Assembly (NCBI GenBank): GCA_965207225.1
Contig: CBDBLV010000005.1
Span: 1,248,001-1,312,000, forward strand
Reading direction: 5' to 3'
Length of the DNA stretch: 64,000 bases
DNA from: Dehalococcoidia bacterium
GTDB taxonomy: Bacteria > Chloroflexota > Dehalococcoidia > Plut-88900
Part shown: piece by piece, positions 1 through 8,825 of the stretch
Layout of the letters: every line of letters begins with the position of its first letter
Numbering within the stretch: the first letter of the stretch is position 1
Made by a program: the position numbers and the translations under genes
The notes under the pieces: generated by a model
What the model was told of the DNA's origin: nothing
Database searches by the model: none
The model's input: the letters and a program-made list of their open reading frames with translations, nothing else

Positions 1-165
1 AAACCCGAAGCTCGTGCCTTCAGCTTCCCATATCCTCCCCTGATCCGTCTCAACCACCCTGGGCATCTGCGCCTTCAACGAGTCTGGCGCATTGGACACG
101 AATAAGTCCTCGGGCAGCCACACTATATCCATGTGGGTATCCGCAGATATCACTCTCTCTGCCAT
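1..165 (-). CDS. amidohydrolase family protein, N-terminus (runs off window)
   Basis: Hand translation MAERVISADTHMDIVWLPEDLFVSNAP...; ISADxH metal motif; GAGGAGG RBS upstream of the ATG at 165; too short for the ORF track. Confidence 0.75.
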   Translation of the reverse strand, partial: MAERVISADTHMDIVWLPEDLFVSNAPDSLKAQMPRVVETDQGRIWEAEGTSFGF

Positions 166-376
166 CACCGGACCCTCCTCTCTATCAGAGGTCATTTAGC
201 CAAGGCCCCGAGGCCCCACCCCCCACCCCTCTCAGTAAACCGGCATATTGTATTCCCAACGCGCACCAATGCAAATACTTTTTCCTGCCATTCCGAGGCT
301 CCACGAGGAATCTCTAGCGCACCACCCACCCTTCATCTACAACGATTCAGACTCACTCCAGACCCAGTCTCCTCCC

Positions 377-853
377 TCATACCGTAGTCGCGTCTGGAGG
401 CTGGGGTTCCCGTTCGATCAACTCCAGCATGTTCCCGTCCGGGTCGTACATGTAACACACCTTCTGCGCCCACGGGTACACTGCCTCTGGCCGTAGCGCC
501 GGCGGGTTCACAAACTCAATCCCTCGCCCCGACAACTCTTCATACAATGCATCCAGATCCTCCACGATAAATGCCAGATGGGCCGTACCCACCCTGTTCC
601 TCGGCGGTCTCTCCCAGGGCAGCACTCCCGGCTCCAGGAAATGCACCAGCTCGACGGCATGCCTCACATCCCCACACCCCAGGTAAACGACGTGCACCCT
701 GGCCCCCTCAATGCCCGTCAACTGGTTCACCATGTCCCCTTCCATAACCGCGCTCCGCTCCTCCTCCAGCCCCAGGACTTCCTTGTAGAAGGCCAACGAC
801 CTCTCCATATCCGAAACCACAAACCCCGTATGATTCATCCACTCAACTTTCAC
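377..853 (-). CDS. VOC/glyoxalase family protein
   Basis: NHTGFVVSDMERSLAFY, HLAFIVEDLD and YMYDPDGNMLELIE motifs. Confidence 0.9.
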   Translation of the reverse strand: MKVEWMNHTGFVVSDMERSLAFYKEVLGLEEERSAVMEGDMVNQLTGIEGARVHVVYLGCGDVRHAVELVHFLEPGVLPWERPPRNRVGTAHLAFIVEDLDALYEELSGRGIEFVNPPALRPEAVYPWAQKVCYMYDPDGNMLELIEREPQPPDATTV

Positions 854-911
854 CTATTCTTCTCCTTCTGATTCCAGTAGAGGCGACTGGCAGGTCTCCC
901 TATTTGACCAA

Positions 912-1802
912 TCACCCCACCCCCAGCACCCGACTCGCATTCCCCCCCATCATCATCCCCACCGCCTCCTCCGATATATCGCATCCGTACTTCTTCCCCA
1001 TATATGGCAGCTCTTGGCACAACTCCACGTACGCCTTCAGCGACATCTCCTTCCTGATCCCCGGAAAATCGCTCGCCCACATCACCCTTTCCGCACCGAC
1101 ACCCCTGATCATCTTATCAACAGCCCGCACCGTCCCCTCCCCATCCGACTTGAATTTCGCCTGCCACTCGCTTATCTCCAGGTACAGGTTCGGGTGAGCC
1201 TTAGCCACGACGATGCAGTCCTCCCACCAGTCCCCGCCCGCGTGCCCAAGGATCATATCCACCTTCGGAAAGTCCGCCGCCACCCGGTCGAACTCCAGCG
1301 GATGCGCCGACTTACCGATAAGCAGCGGATGGAACCCCGGCCCCGAGTGAAAAAGCACCGGCAGCCCGTTCGCAGCGCATATCTCGTACAACTCGTAGCA
1401 CGACTTGTCACCCGGATAATATCCCGTGGTCGGATGCAACTTGATACCCGACACCTTCCCCGCCTTCACTGCTGCCTCAAACTTCTTAGCCGCTTCCGGC
1501 CTCTGCGGATCTATCCCGTAGAACGCTATCAGCCGCTCCGGGTACATCTCCTGCGCCGACACCAGCATCTCGTTCTCTTCCTCAATCGAAACACTGGGCT
1601 CCCCGAACCTCTTCGCGAAGTCGGCCACGATGATCACGCTCACATCCACCGAGGCCCCATCCATCTCTTCCACTATCTCTCTCGCCGCCCGACGCCAGTC
1701 AAAGTCCGACGGCTCAGAACCCGCCCACCTCGGGTCCCCTGCAAACGTCTCCGGGTGCCTCTGGTCCGCCGACCACATATGCCGGTGCACATCAATAATC
1801 AT
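912..1802 (-). CDS. amidohydrolase_2 family metal-dependent hydrolase
   Basis: IIDVHRH, GIKLHP, ILGHAGG and MWASDFP motifs. Confidence 0.9.
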   Translation of the reverse strand: MIIDVHRHMWSADQRHPETFAGDPRWAGSEPSDFDWRRAAREIVEEMDGASVDVSVIIVADFAKRFGEPSVSIEEENEMLVSAQEMYPERLIAFYGIDPQRPEAAKKFEAAVKAGKVSGIKLHPTTGYYPGDKSCYELYEICAANGLPVLFHSGPGFHPLLIGKSAHPLEFDRVAADFPKVDMILGHAGGDWWEDCIVVAKAHPNLYLEISEWQAKFKSDGEGTVRAVDKMIRGVGAERVMWASDFPGIRKEMSLKAYVELCQELPYMGKKYGCDISEEAVGMMMGGNASRVLGVG

Positions 1803-1946
1803 CTTCCCGCTCCTGCTGTTTCCTTAACTTTGTAGGGCTAACGGGTTGGTCGCCCTGCCCAGGGTGGGGCCGCTCACCCTGAGGCGCTCGAAGGGTCGAG
1901 CGGGGGTGGCCCGCCCCTGCCATTCTGTCGCGTCCCATATCCCCCC

Positions 1947-3452
1947 TCATCCCAAAATCCCATCAATCGCCGCCTCCAACTTCCTCTCAGCCTCCCCCAA
2001 CCTCCACTCCCTTTCCGCAACCGACTCCTCATCCCCCCTCAACCGTGCCTGATACTCCGCCATACGACGCCTGCATTCCTCCGGCGCCGGTCCCCCGTAC
2101 AGCGTCCGGCGCTCTACGAAAACCATTGGGTCCAGCGCCCTGGCCAGAGTCTCCTTGCTCAACCCAACCTTCTCTCCCATATATTCCACCGACGCCTCAT
2201 CCACCAAGTCGGGCGTCACCTCCCGAGGCCGTATCCCTCGCGCCTCCGTGATCCTCACCAGTATCCCCACAATCTGGTGCGCCGTCCTCCACGGCAACCC
2301 ATTCTCCCTGACCAAAGCACCCGCCACGTCCGTCGCCTGTGCCCAGTGCTCACCTGCCATCTCCCTCATCCGATCCCGCTTCACCTCTAGCGCCGGCATC
2401 AGTTCGATGAACCATCCCAGGTTCCGGATCGCCATGTCAAAGGAGCCGAAGAGGGCGTCGTCCATGTAGCGCAGGTCCATCGTCGGGTCCCCGCTCGCCG
2501 CCTTCTGCACCGCAAACGACGCCACAAGCCCGCCCATCGCATCCGCCACCGCCCCCCGCACGTACTCCAGGCTGTCCGGGTTCTTCTTCTGCATCATTAT
2601 GCTGCTCGTCCCGCAGAAACGGTCCGGTACGTCGATGTATCCTGCCTCCGACGTGAACCAGAAGTTCAGGTCAGACGCCCACCTCGACAGATTTAAATGC
2701 ACCGACGCCACCGCCATAAAGCTGTCCAGCGGCGTGTCCTCGTTCAGGATGGCGTCATACGTATTCGGCAGAACCCCGTCGAAGCCCATCAGCTCCGCCG
2801 TCCGATGCCTGTTCAACGGGAAGTCCGACCCCGTCATAATCGCCGACCCCGCAGGGCTCTGATTAGCCCAGCTATAGGCAAACGCCGCCCGACCGAAGCA
2901 TCTCTCCAGGCTCGATGTCCAGGCCAAGAGTTGATGTCCCAACGTCGTCGGCTGTGCATGCTGGCTGTGCGTGTACGCCGGCATCACCGACTCCAGGTGC
3001 TCCCCCGCAACCTGCAGGAACACCCCACGAAGCCTGTTTATCTCCTTCATCAGCGTAAGCAGCGAGTCCCTCTGCCGGCACCTTCGCCACACCGCATGCA
3101 AGTCCCCCGAGCTTCGACCCAAATGCATCCGTCCCCCAACCTCCTCCCCCAGCCGCCTTATCAGAAGGTATTCCCCCGAGTGCATCGCACCCCCAGCCTC
3201 CAGCCTCGACTCCACGATATTGTCCGGCTCCGTTCCCCTCAACACCTCCAACATCGCCGCCACGTCGTCCCTCGGGATCAGGCTCTCCTCCGCCAGCATC
3301 ACAAGGTGGGCCTTATCGAACAAGTGATAAGGATAAAGCGCCGCCGCATCCTGCTCCTCCGCAAACGATGGAAGGCCCTCCAGCATCGGCTCCATCAACC
3401 GTATCCCCGCCGTCCGATACCCCTTGTACTCTTCCTGCTTCTGCTTCCTCAA
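1947..3452 (-). CDS. argininosuccinate lyase-like (fumarase/aspartase superfamily) lyase
   Basis: HLGRSS, YTHSQHAQP and GTSSIMMQKKNPD signature; TTG start at 3452 after AGGAGGAGG. Confidence 0.85.
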   Translation of the reverse strand: MRKQKQEEYKGYRTAGIRLMEPMLEGLPSFAEEQDAAALYPYHLFDKAHLVMLAEESLIPRDDVAAMLEVLRGTEPDNIVESRLEAGGAMHSGEYLLIRRLGEEVGGRMHLGRSSGDLHAVWRRCRQRDSLLTLMKEINRLRGVFLQVAGEHLESVMPAYTHSQHAQPTTLGHQLLAWTSSLERCFGRAAFAYSWANQSPAGSAIMTGSDFPLNRHRTAELMGFDGVLPNTYDAILNEDTPLDSFMAVASVHLNLSRWASDLNFWFTSEAGYIDVPDRFCGTSSIMMQKKNPDSLEYVRGAVADAMGGLVASFAVQKAASGDPTMDLRYMDDALFGSFDMAIRNLGWFIELMPALEVKRDRMREMAGEHWAQATDVAGALVRENGLPWRTAHQIVGILVRITEARGIRPREVTPDLVDEASVEYMGEKVGLSKETLARALDPMVFVERRTLYGGPAPEECRRRMAEYQARLRGDEESVAEREWRLGEAERKLEAAIDGILG

Positions 3453-3818
3453 TCCCCTCCTCCTTTCCCTCGACGTAGTAATTCGCAGCTCTCTCGATTC
3501 CCTACATTCTACCCCCTCCCTTTTCCCATTCTGATGCCCCGCGACAAATCTGGGGTGGGGCATTCCGCTCGCCCTGAGCAGGGTCGAAGGGTCTCAAGAG
3601 CGGAATGGGTGGGGCGTCCCACTCCCCTAACCCGCAGTTACGCAAAGGTCCCTGGACTGGAGAGGGTGAGGGATATCCCTCACCTGTCCCGGGGCCGCCT
3701 GTGCGGAGCCTCTCGAAGTATGAGCGGGGTTGTGATAGACCACCCCACCTTGACTCCCTGCCCCCACCCGACTACCTTTTCTCCCACAGCCCCCACCACC
3801 ACAACGGAGCCCGACACC

Positions 3819-5453
3819 ATGACCGACACCTCCTCAATCTTCAACCAGGACCTCGATCCCACCACCGCCAACCACCAGCCCCTAACCCCCCTCACCTTCC
3901 TCGAATGGGCCGAGACCGCCTACCCCGAGAAGACCGCCGTCATCCACGGTGACACCCGTTACACCTACCTCCAGTTCGCCCGGCGCTGCCGCCTCCTCGC
4001 CTCCGCCCTCTCTAAACGAGGCATTGGCCCTGGAGACACCGTCGCCATCATGGCCCCCAACACCCCCCCGATGCTCGAGGCCCATTTCGGCGTCCCCATG
4101 ATCGGCGCAGTCCTCAACGGCATCAACATCCGCCTCGACCCCCCGGCCATCGCCTTCATCCTCGAACACGGCGAGGCCAAGGTCCTCCTCACCGACCGCG
4201 AGTTCTCCCCCGTTATCAAGGAAGCTCTTTCCCAGGTCAAACGCCCTGTCACCGTAATTGACATAAACGACCCCCTCGCCCCTCCCAACGACCTGGTCGG
4301 CGAGACCGACTACGAGTCCCTCATCTCAGAAGGCGACGAGAACTTCTACCCTTCCCCCATCTCCGACGAATGGCAGGCCATTGCCCTCAACTACACCTCC
4401 GGCACCACCGGCAATCCCAAGGGCGCCGTATTTCACCACCGCGGCGCATTCCTCAACGCCATGGGCAACGCCATGATGTTCGGCATGAACAAGGACAGCG
4501 TCTATCTCTGGACCCTGCCCATGTTCCACTGCAACGGCTGGACTTACACCTGGGCCGTCACCGCCGTCGCCGGCACCCACGTCTGCCTCCGACGCATAGA
4601 CCCCGCCCTCATCTTCTCCCTGATTAAGGACCACCGCATAACCCACATGTGCGGCGCCCCCGTCGTACTCAGCATGCTCATCCACGCCCCTGAGGAGGCC
4701 AAGCAGAAGTGGGATCACGTCGTCGAAATTGCCACCGGCGGCGCAGCCCCGCCCAGCCCCGTCATCGCAGCCATGGAGGGTATGGGCTTCCGAGTCACTC
4801 ACCTCTACGGCCTTACCGAGACCTACGGCCCGGCCAGCATCTGCGCCTGGCAGGACGATTGGCTCGCCATGCCATCCGACGAAAAAGCCTCCATGCTAGC
4901 CCGACAGGGCGTCCGCTACCCGACCCTTTCCTACCTCACCGTCGCCAATCCCGCCACCCTAGCCCCTGTCCCCGAGGACGGCCGGACCATCGGCGAGATA
5001 ATGATGCGCGGCAACACCGTAATGAAGGGCTACCTCAAGAATCCCAACGCCACCGACGAGGCCTTCGCCGGCGGCTGGTTCCATTCCGGCGACCTCGCCG
5101 TCGTCCACCCCGACCACTACATTGAGATTAAGGACCGCTCCAAGGACATTATCATCTCCGGCGGCGAAAACATCTCCTCCCTGGAGGTCGAGGAAGTCCT
5201 CTACCGACACCCCAAGGTCATGGAGGCTGCCGTCGTCGCCAAGCACGACGAAAAATGGGGCGAGACCCCCTGCGCCTTCGTAACCCCCCGCCCCGACACC
5301 CCGGACATCTCCGAAGAAGAGCTCATCGCCTGGTGCCGTGACAACCTCGCCCACTTCAAAGCCCCCAGGAAAGTAGTTCTCGGCCCCCTCCCCAAGACCT
5401 CCACTGGCAAAATCCAGAAATTCGCCCTCCGAGAACGCGCCAACGCCCTCTAG
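3819..5453 (+). CDS. acyl-CoA synthetase (AMP-binding)
   Basis: YTSGTTGNPKG, YGLTETYGP, GWFHSGD, DRSKDIIISGGENI and PKTSTGKIQK; start MTDTSS after GGAG (the ORF-track 5' extension is antisense to the lyase). Confidence 0.92.
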   Translation: MTDTSSIFNQDLDPTTANHQPLTPLTFLEWAETAYPEKTAVIHGDTRYTYLQFARRCRLLASALSKRGIGPGDTVAIMAPNTPPMLEAHFGVPMIGAVLNGINIRLDPPAIAFILEHGEAKVLLTDREFSPVIKEALSQVKRPVTVIDINDPLAPPNDLVGETDYESLISEGDENFYPSPISDEWQAIALNYTSGTTGNPKGAVFHHRGAFLNAMGNAMMFGMNKDSVYLWTLPMFHCNGWTYTWAVTAVAGTHVCLRRIDPALIFSLIKDHRITHMCGAPVVLSMLIHAPEEAKQKWDHVVEIATGGAAPPSPVIAAMEGMGFRVTHLYGLTETYGPASICAWQDDWLAMPSDEKASMLARQGVRYPTLSYLTVANPATLAPVPEDGRTIGEIMMRGNTVMKGYLKNPNATDEAFAGGWFHSGDLAVVHPDHYIEIKDRSKDIIISGGENISSLEVEEVLYRHPKVMEAAVVAKHDEKWGETPCAFVTPRPDTPDISEEELIAWCRDNLAHFKAPRKVVLGPLPKTSTGKIQKFALRERANAL

Positions 5454-5646
5454 CAAGCTCCACGAACCCCTCACCATTTGACCCCACCCCAACCCCACGG
5501 GGTATTATTGTAGGGATTCCGATTGTCCGTCTCGGAGCCTGCTTCAGGTCATGCAGGACGCTGGGTGATCACGTTGTCACAGGTCGAGGCCAGGGCCCCG
5601 TACAGACGCCCTGCCTCCCCTAATCGAAGACGTCGCTGGGGGAAAA

Positions 5647-6774
5647 ATGATCATTGGAGTGCCTAAAGAGACCAAGGACCAGGAGAACCGCGTCGCCCTC
5701 ACCCCTGCCGGCGTCACCGCCCTCTCCCAACACTCCCATCGCGTGCTCGTCGAACACAACGCCGGTATGGGCAGTGGCTTTACCAACGCCGAATATGTAA
5801 GCCGCGGCGCCTCCATTGTCAGTGACCCCCAGGACATCTATTGGGCTTCCGACATGGTAGTCAAGGTCAAGGAGCCCCTCGAACCGGAGTACGACATGCT
5901 CCGCCCCGGCGTCATCCTCTTTACCTACCTCCACCTCGCCGCCGACCCCGAGCTCACCAGGTCCCTCCTCAAGCACCGCGTCACGTCCCTTGCCTACGAG
6001 ACCGTCCAGGACGAGTACCGTGGCCTCCCCCTTCTCGCCCCCATGAGCGAAATCGCCGGCAGGATCTCGGTCCAGATCGGCGCCCACTACCTCGAAAAGC
6101 AGCACGGCGGCATCGGCAAGCTCCTGGCAGGCGTCCCGGGAGTCCCCCCGGGGACCGTGACCATAATCGGGGCTGGCATGGTGGGCTCCAACGCCGCCCA
6201 GATGGCCCTCGGCTTCGGGGCTAAGGTCATTCTCATCGACACCAACATCGGGCGGCTCCGCGAGATGGAGCACATCCTTTCCGGCCATCTCGTAACCGTA
6301 GCCGCCGGCGTCGACGCCACATCCCAGGCCGTCGCCGAATCGGACCTCGTCATCGGCGGAGTCCTCATCCCCGGCGCCAAGGCCCCGAAAGTCGTCACCC
6401 GGGACATGATCTCCAATATGACACCCGGCGCCGTCGTCATCGATGTCGCCGTCGACCAGGGCGGCTGTATCGAGACTTGCAAGCCCACCACCCACTCAGA
6501 CCCGACCTACCTCGTCGACGGGGTTGTCCATTACTGCGTCACCAACATCCCCGGCGCCGTGCCCCGTACCTCCACCGAGGCCCTCTGCAACGTCTCCCTC
6601 CCCTACATCGAGGCAATTGCCAACTTCGGCCTCTCCGAGTCCCTCGGCCGCGACCCTGTCCTCGCCAAGGGCCTCAACACTTTCGAAGGTCAGGTAACCA
6701 ACGAGGCCGTCGCCGACTCTCTCTCCCTCCCCTTCGAGTCCGCCGAGTCCCTCGGCGCCTATTCGTCAAACTAG
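5647..6774 (+). CDS. ald: alanine dehydrogenase
   Basis: MIIGVPKETK..ENRVALTPAGV, VKVKEP, LFTYLHLAA, LLAPMSEIAGR and DVAVDQGGC. Confidence 0.96.
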   Translation: MIIGVPKETKDQENRVALTPAGVTALSQHSHRVLVEHNAGMGSGFTNAEYVSRGASIVSDPQDIYWASDMVVKVKEPLEPEYDMLRPGVILFTYLHLAADPELTRSLLKHRVTSLAYETVQDEYRGLPLLAPMSEIAGRISVQIGAHYLEKQHGGIGKLLAGVPGVPPGTVTIIGAGMVGSNAAQMALGFGAKVILIDTNIGRLREMEHILSGHLVTVAAGVDATSQAVAESDLVIGGVLIPGAKAPKVVTRDMISNMTPGAVVIDVAVDQGGCIETCKPTTHSDPTYLVDGVVHYCVTNIPGAVPRTSTEALCNVSLPYIEAIANFGLSESLGRDPVLAKGLNTFEGQVTNEAVADSLSLPFESAESLGAYSSN

Positions 6775-6798
6775 ACCGTTCCGGAAAGGCTGCATCCC

Positions 6799-6984
6799 AT
6801 GCCACCCACCCCCGACTTCCAGGCCCTCGCCCGTTCCGCCGGACTCGATAAGTTCGGTGACACCCTCAACCACGTTGAGCAGGTCTACAACAGCTACCGC
6901 CAGCAGCTGGACACCCTTTACGATGTCGACCTCCACGGCGAGGAAGTCCAGACCGCCTACCAGCATTTCTACAACGCCGACTAA
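6799..6984 (+). CDS. small protein, possible GatC/AtzG-like amidase partner
   Basis: 61 aa with typical + strand codon usage; ends 14 nt before the amidase ATG. Confidence 0.6.
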   Translation: MPPTPDFQALARSAGLDKFGDTLNHVEQVYNSYRQQLDTLYDVDLHGEEVQTAYQHFYNAD

Positions 6985-6998
6985 GGAGCCCATCTCCC

Positions 6999-8399
6999 AT
7001 GCCGCCAACAGACCTTCACTACCTCACCATCGAAGAGGCCTCTCAACTCATCCACAACCGTGAGCTCTCCTCCGTCGAGTTGACCCAGGCCCATGTCAGC
7101 CGCATCGACGCCCTCAATGACACCCTTCACGCCTTCCTTACACCCACCCCTGACCTCGCCCTCCAGCAAGCCGAGAATGCAGACCGTGAACTCGCCGAGG
7201 ACAAGTCCCGAGGCCCCCTCCACGGCATCCCCATCGCCCTCAAGGACCTCTGCGACACCAGCGGCATCCGCACCACCTATGGCAGCCTCGGTTTCAATGA
7301 CCGCATCCCCGACTCCGACGCTACCGTCACCGAACGTCTCCGCGAAGCCGGTACTGCCATGCTCGGCAAGCTCACCATGAGCGAGCTCGCAATGATGGGC
7401 CCGCCCAGCAACGGCCCTGAGGCCCGAAACCCCTGGAACACGGCCCACGCCCCCGCAGGGTCAAGCAGCGGCTCGGGTGTCGGCGTCTCCGCCGGTCTCT
7501 GCTTCGGCGCCCTGGGCTCCGATACCGGTGGCTCCATCCGCTTCCCCGCCTCCTGGAACGGCATCACCGGCATCCTCCCCTCCTACGGCAGGGTCAGCCG
7601 AACCGGTGTCATGCCCCTCAGTTGGACCATGGACAACATCGGCCCCATGTGCCGCACCGTCGAAGACACCGCCATCATGCTTAAGGCCATCGCTGGTGCC
7701 GACCCCCGGGACCCCACCGCCTCCCACGCCCCTGTCCCCGACTACCGCTCCCTCCTCACCGGGGATGTCCGCGGCCTCAGGGTCGGCGTACTACGCAGCT
7801 ACTTTGACCGCCACCCCGGCTCCGTCCAGCCCGACACCCAGGCCGCCGTTGACCAGGCGATCCTTGACCTTGGCGAAATGGGCGCCCAGGTCCTCGACGT
7901 CGACATCCCTCACCTCGAATACACTGGCGCCGCAGGCGCCCCCATCTACATAGTCGAGGGCTACAACATCTTCCAGGATGACTTCCAGGACCGCCCCGAC
8001 CAATTCGGCGAAATAGTCAAGTCCTTCCTCCTCGCCGGGGCCCTCTTCACCGCCAACGACTACGTCCAGGCCCAGCGCATGCGCAGCCGACTCAAGAGGG
8101 AAGTCGCCGAGGTCTTTGAGCAGGTCGACCTCATAGCCGGCCCCGCCACCATCCGCACCGCCGTAGCCCTCGCCGACTTCGATCCCCTCTCCCTCCTCGA
8201 TCCCGTCCGCGGCGATTCCTCCGTAATCTTCAACCTCACCGGCTGCCCCTCCATCTCCGTCCCCTGCGGCTTTGACAGCGCCGGCTTACCCATCGGACTC
8301 CAGCTCTCTGGCCGCCACCTCTCCGAGCCCACCGTCCTCAACGCCGCCTACGCCTACCAGCAGTCCAACCCCCTCCACAAACAACACCCACCCCTCTAA
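6999..8399 (+). CDS. amidase signature family protein (GatA/AtzE-like)
   Basis: LHGIPIALKD, GSSSGS, GSDTGGSIRFPA and GLPIGLQL; AAGGAG RBS. Confidence 0.92.
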   Translation: MPPTDLHYLTIEEASQLIHNRELSSVELTQAHVSRIDALNDTLHAFLTPTPDLALQQAENADRELAEDKSRGPLHGIPIALKDLCDTSGIRTTYGSLGFNDRIPDSDATVTERLREAGTAMLGKLTMSELAMMGPPSNGPEARNPWNTAHAPAGSSSGSGVGVSAGLCFGALGSDTGGSIRFPASWNGITGILPSYGRVSRTGVMPLSWTMDNIGPMCRTVEDTAIMLKAIAGADPRDPTASHAPVPDYRSLLTGDVRGLRVGVLRSYFDRHPGSVQPDTQAAVDQAILDLGEMGAQVLDVDIPHLEYTGAAGAPIYIVEGYNIFQDDFQDRPDQFGEIVKSFLLAGALFTANDYVQAQRMRSRLKREVAEVFEQVDLIAGPATIRTAVALADFDPLSLLDPVRGDSSVIFNLTGCPSISVPCGFDSAGLPIGLQLSGRHLSEPTVLNAAYAYQQSNPLHKQHPPL

Positions 8400-8570
8400 C
8401 TCGTAGGGGCAACCCTCCCTAGGACGTGGGCTGGGGGTCTGTCCCCTCTCCCTCGATGGGAGAGGGAGAGGGTGGTTCCTTCCAACGCCCCAGACCACAA
8501 CCCCACCCCTCTTCCCATCCCGATGCCCCGCGAGTAATCTGGGGCTGGCTCCCGTTCCATCTCTCTCTTC

Positions 8571-8690
8571 CCCAGTACTGAACTAGAGGCCCACGTGGGT
8601 GCACCGCACCCACGTGGGCCTCTGTTCTTTTCTCCCCCTCTCCCTTAAAGGCCCTAAGGGAGAGGGGGATTAAGGGGGTGAGGGTTCCCC
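8571..8690 (+). repeat. 120-bp two-hairpin element, copy A
   Basis: CCAGTACTGAACT-AGAGGCCCACGTGGGTGC acc GCACCCACGTGGGCCTCT-GTTC...CCCCCTCTCCCTTA..TAAGGGAGAGGGGG..AAGGGGGTGAGGGTTCCCC. Confidence 0.9.
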
Positions 8691-8760
8691 GTTGGGGTGG
8701 GGCCCTTCCCTCCACGCCTGCCTACGCGACGCCACCCCCGCCAAGCATCCAACTCTCAGC

Positions 8761-8799
8761 AAAAAGAAAAGGGCGAATGCGCAACGCGCATCCGCCCTC
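8761..8799 (-). terminator. probable intrinsic terminator of the XDH-family gene
   Basis: GGGCGAATGCGC...GCGCATCCGCCC hairpin with AAAAAGAAAA on the left (U-tract on the - strand). Confidence 0.7.
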
Positions 8800-8825
8800 A
8801 ATCATCCCTATGTGAAACCCGAAAC

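Noticed and set aside
2697-3818. Long N-terminal extensions and antisense ORFs in the track (e.g. 2697-3818, 55295-56269, 16567-17601, 15684-16724, 27083-27973)
   Set aside because: They shadow well-supported opposite-strand genes, and the C-rich + strand is depleted of stop codons.
5478-5646. Riboswitch or CRP/Rex site in the ald leader (GTGA-N8-TCAC near 5566-5581)
   Set aside because: The spacing fits neither consensus well and I recognise no riboswitch core.
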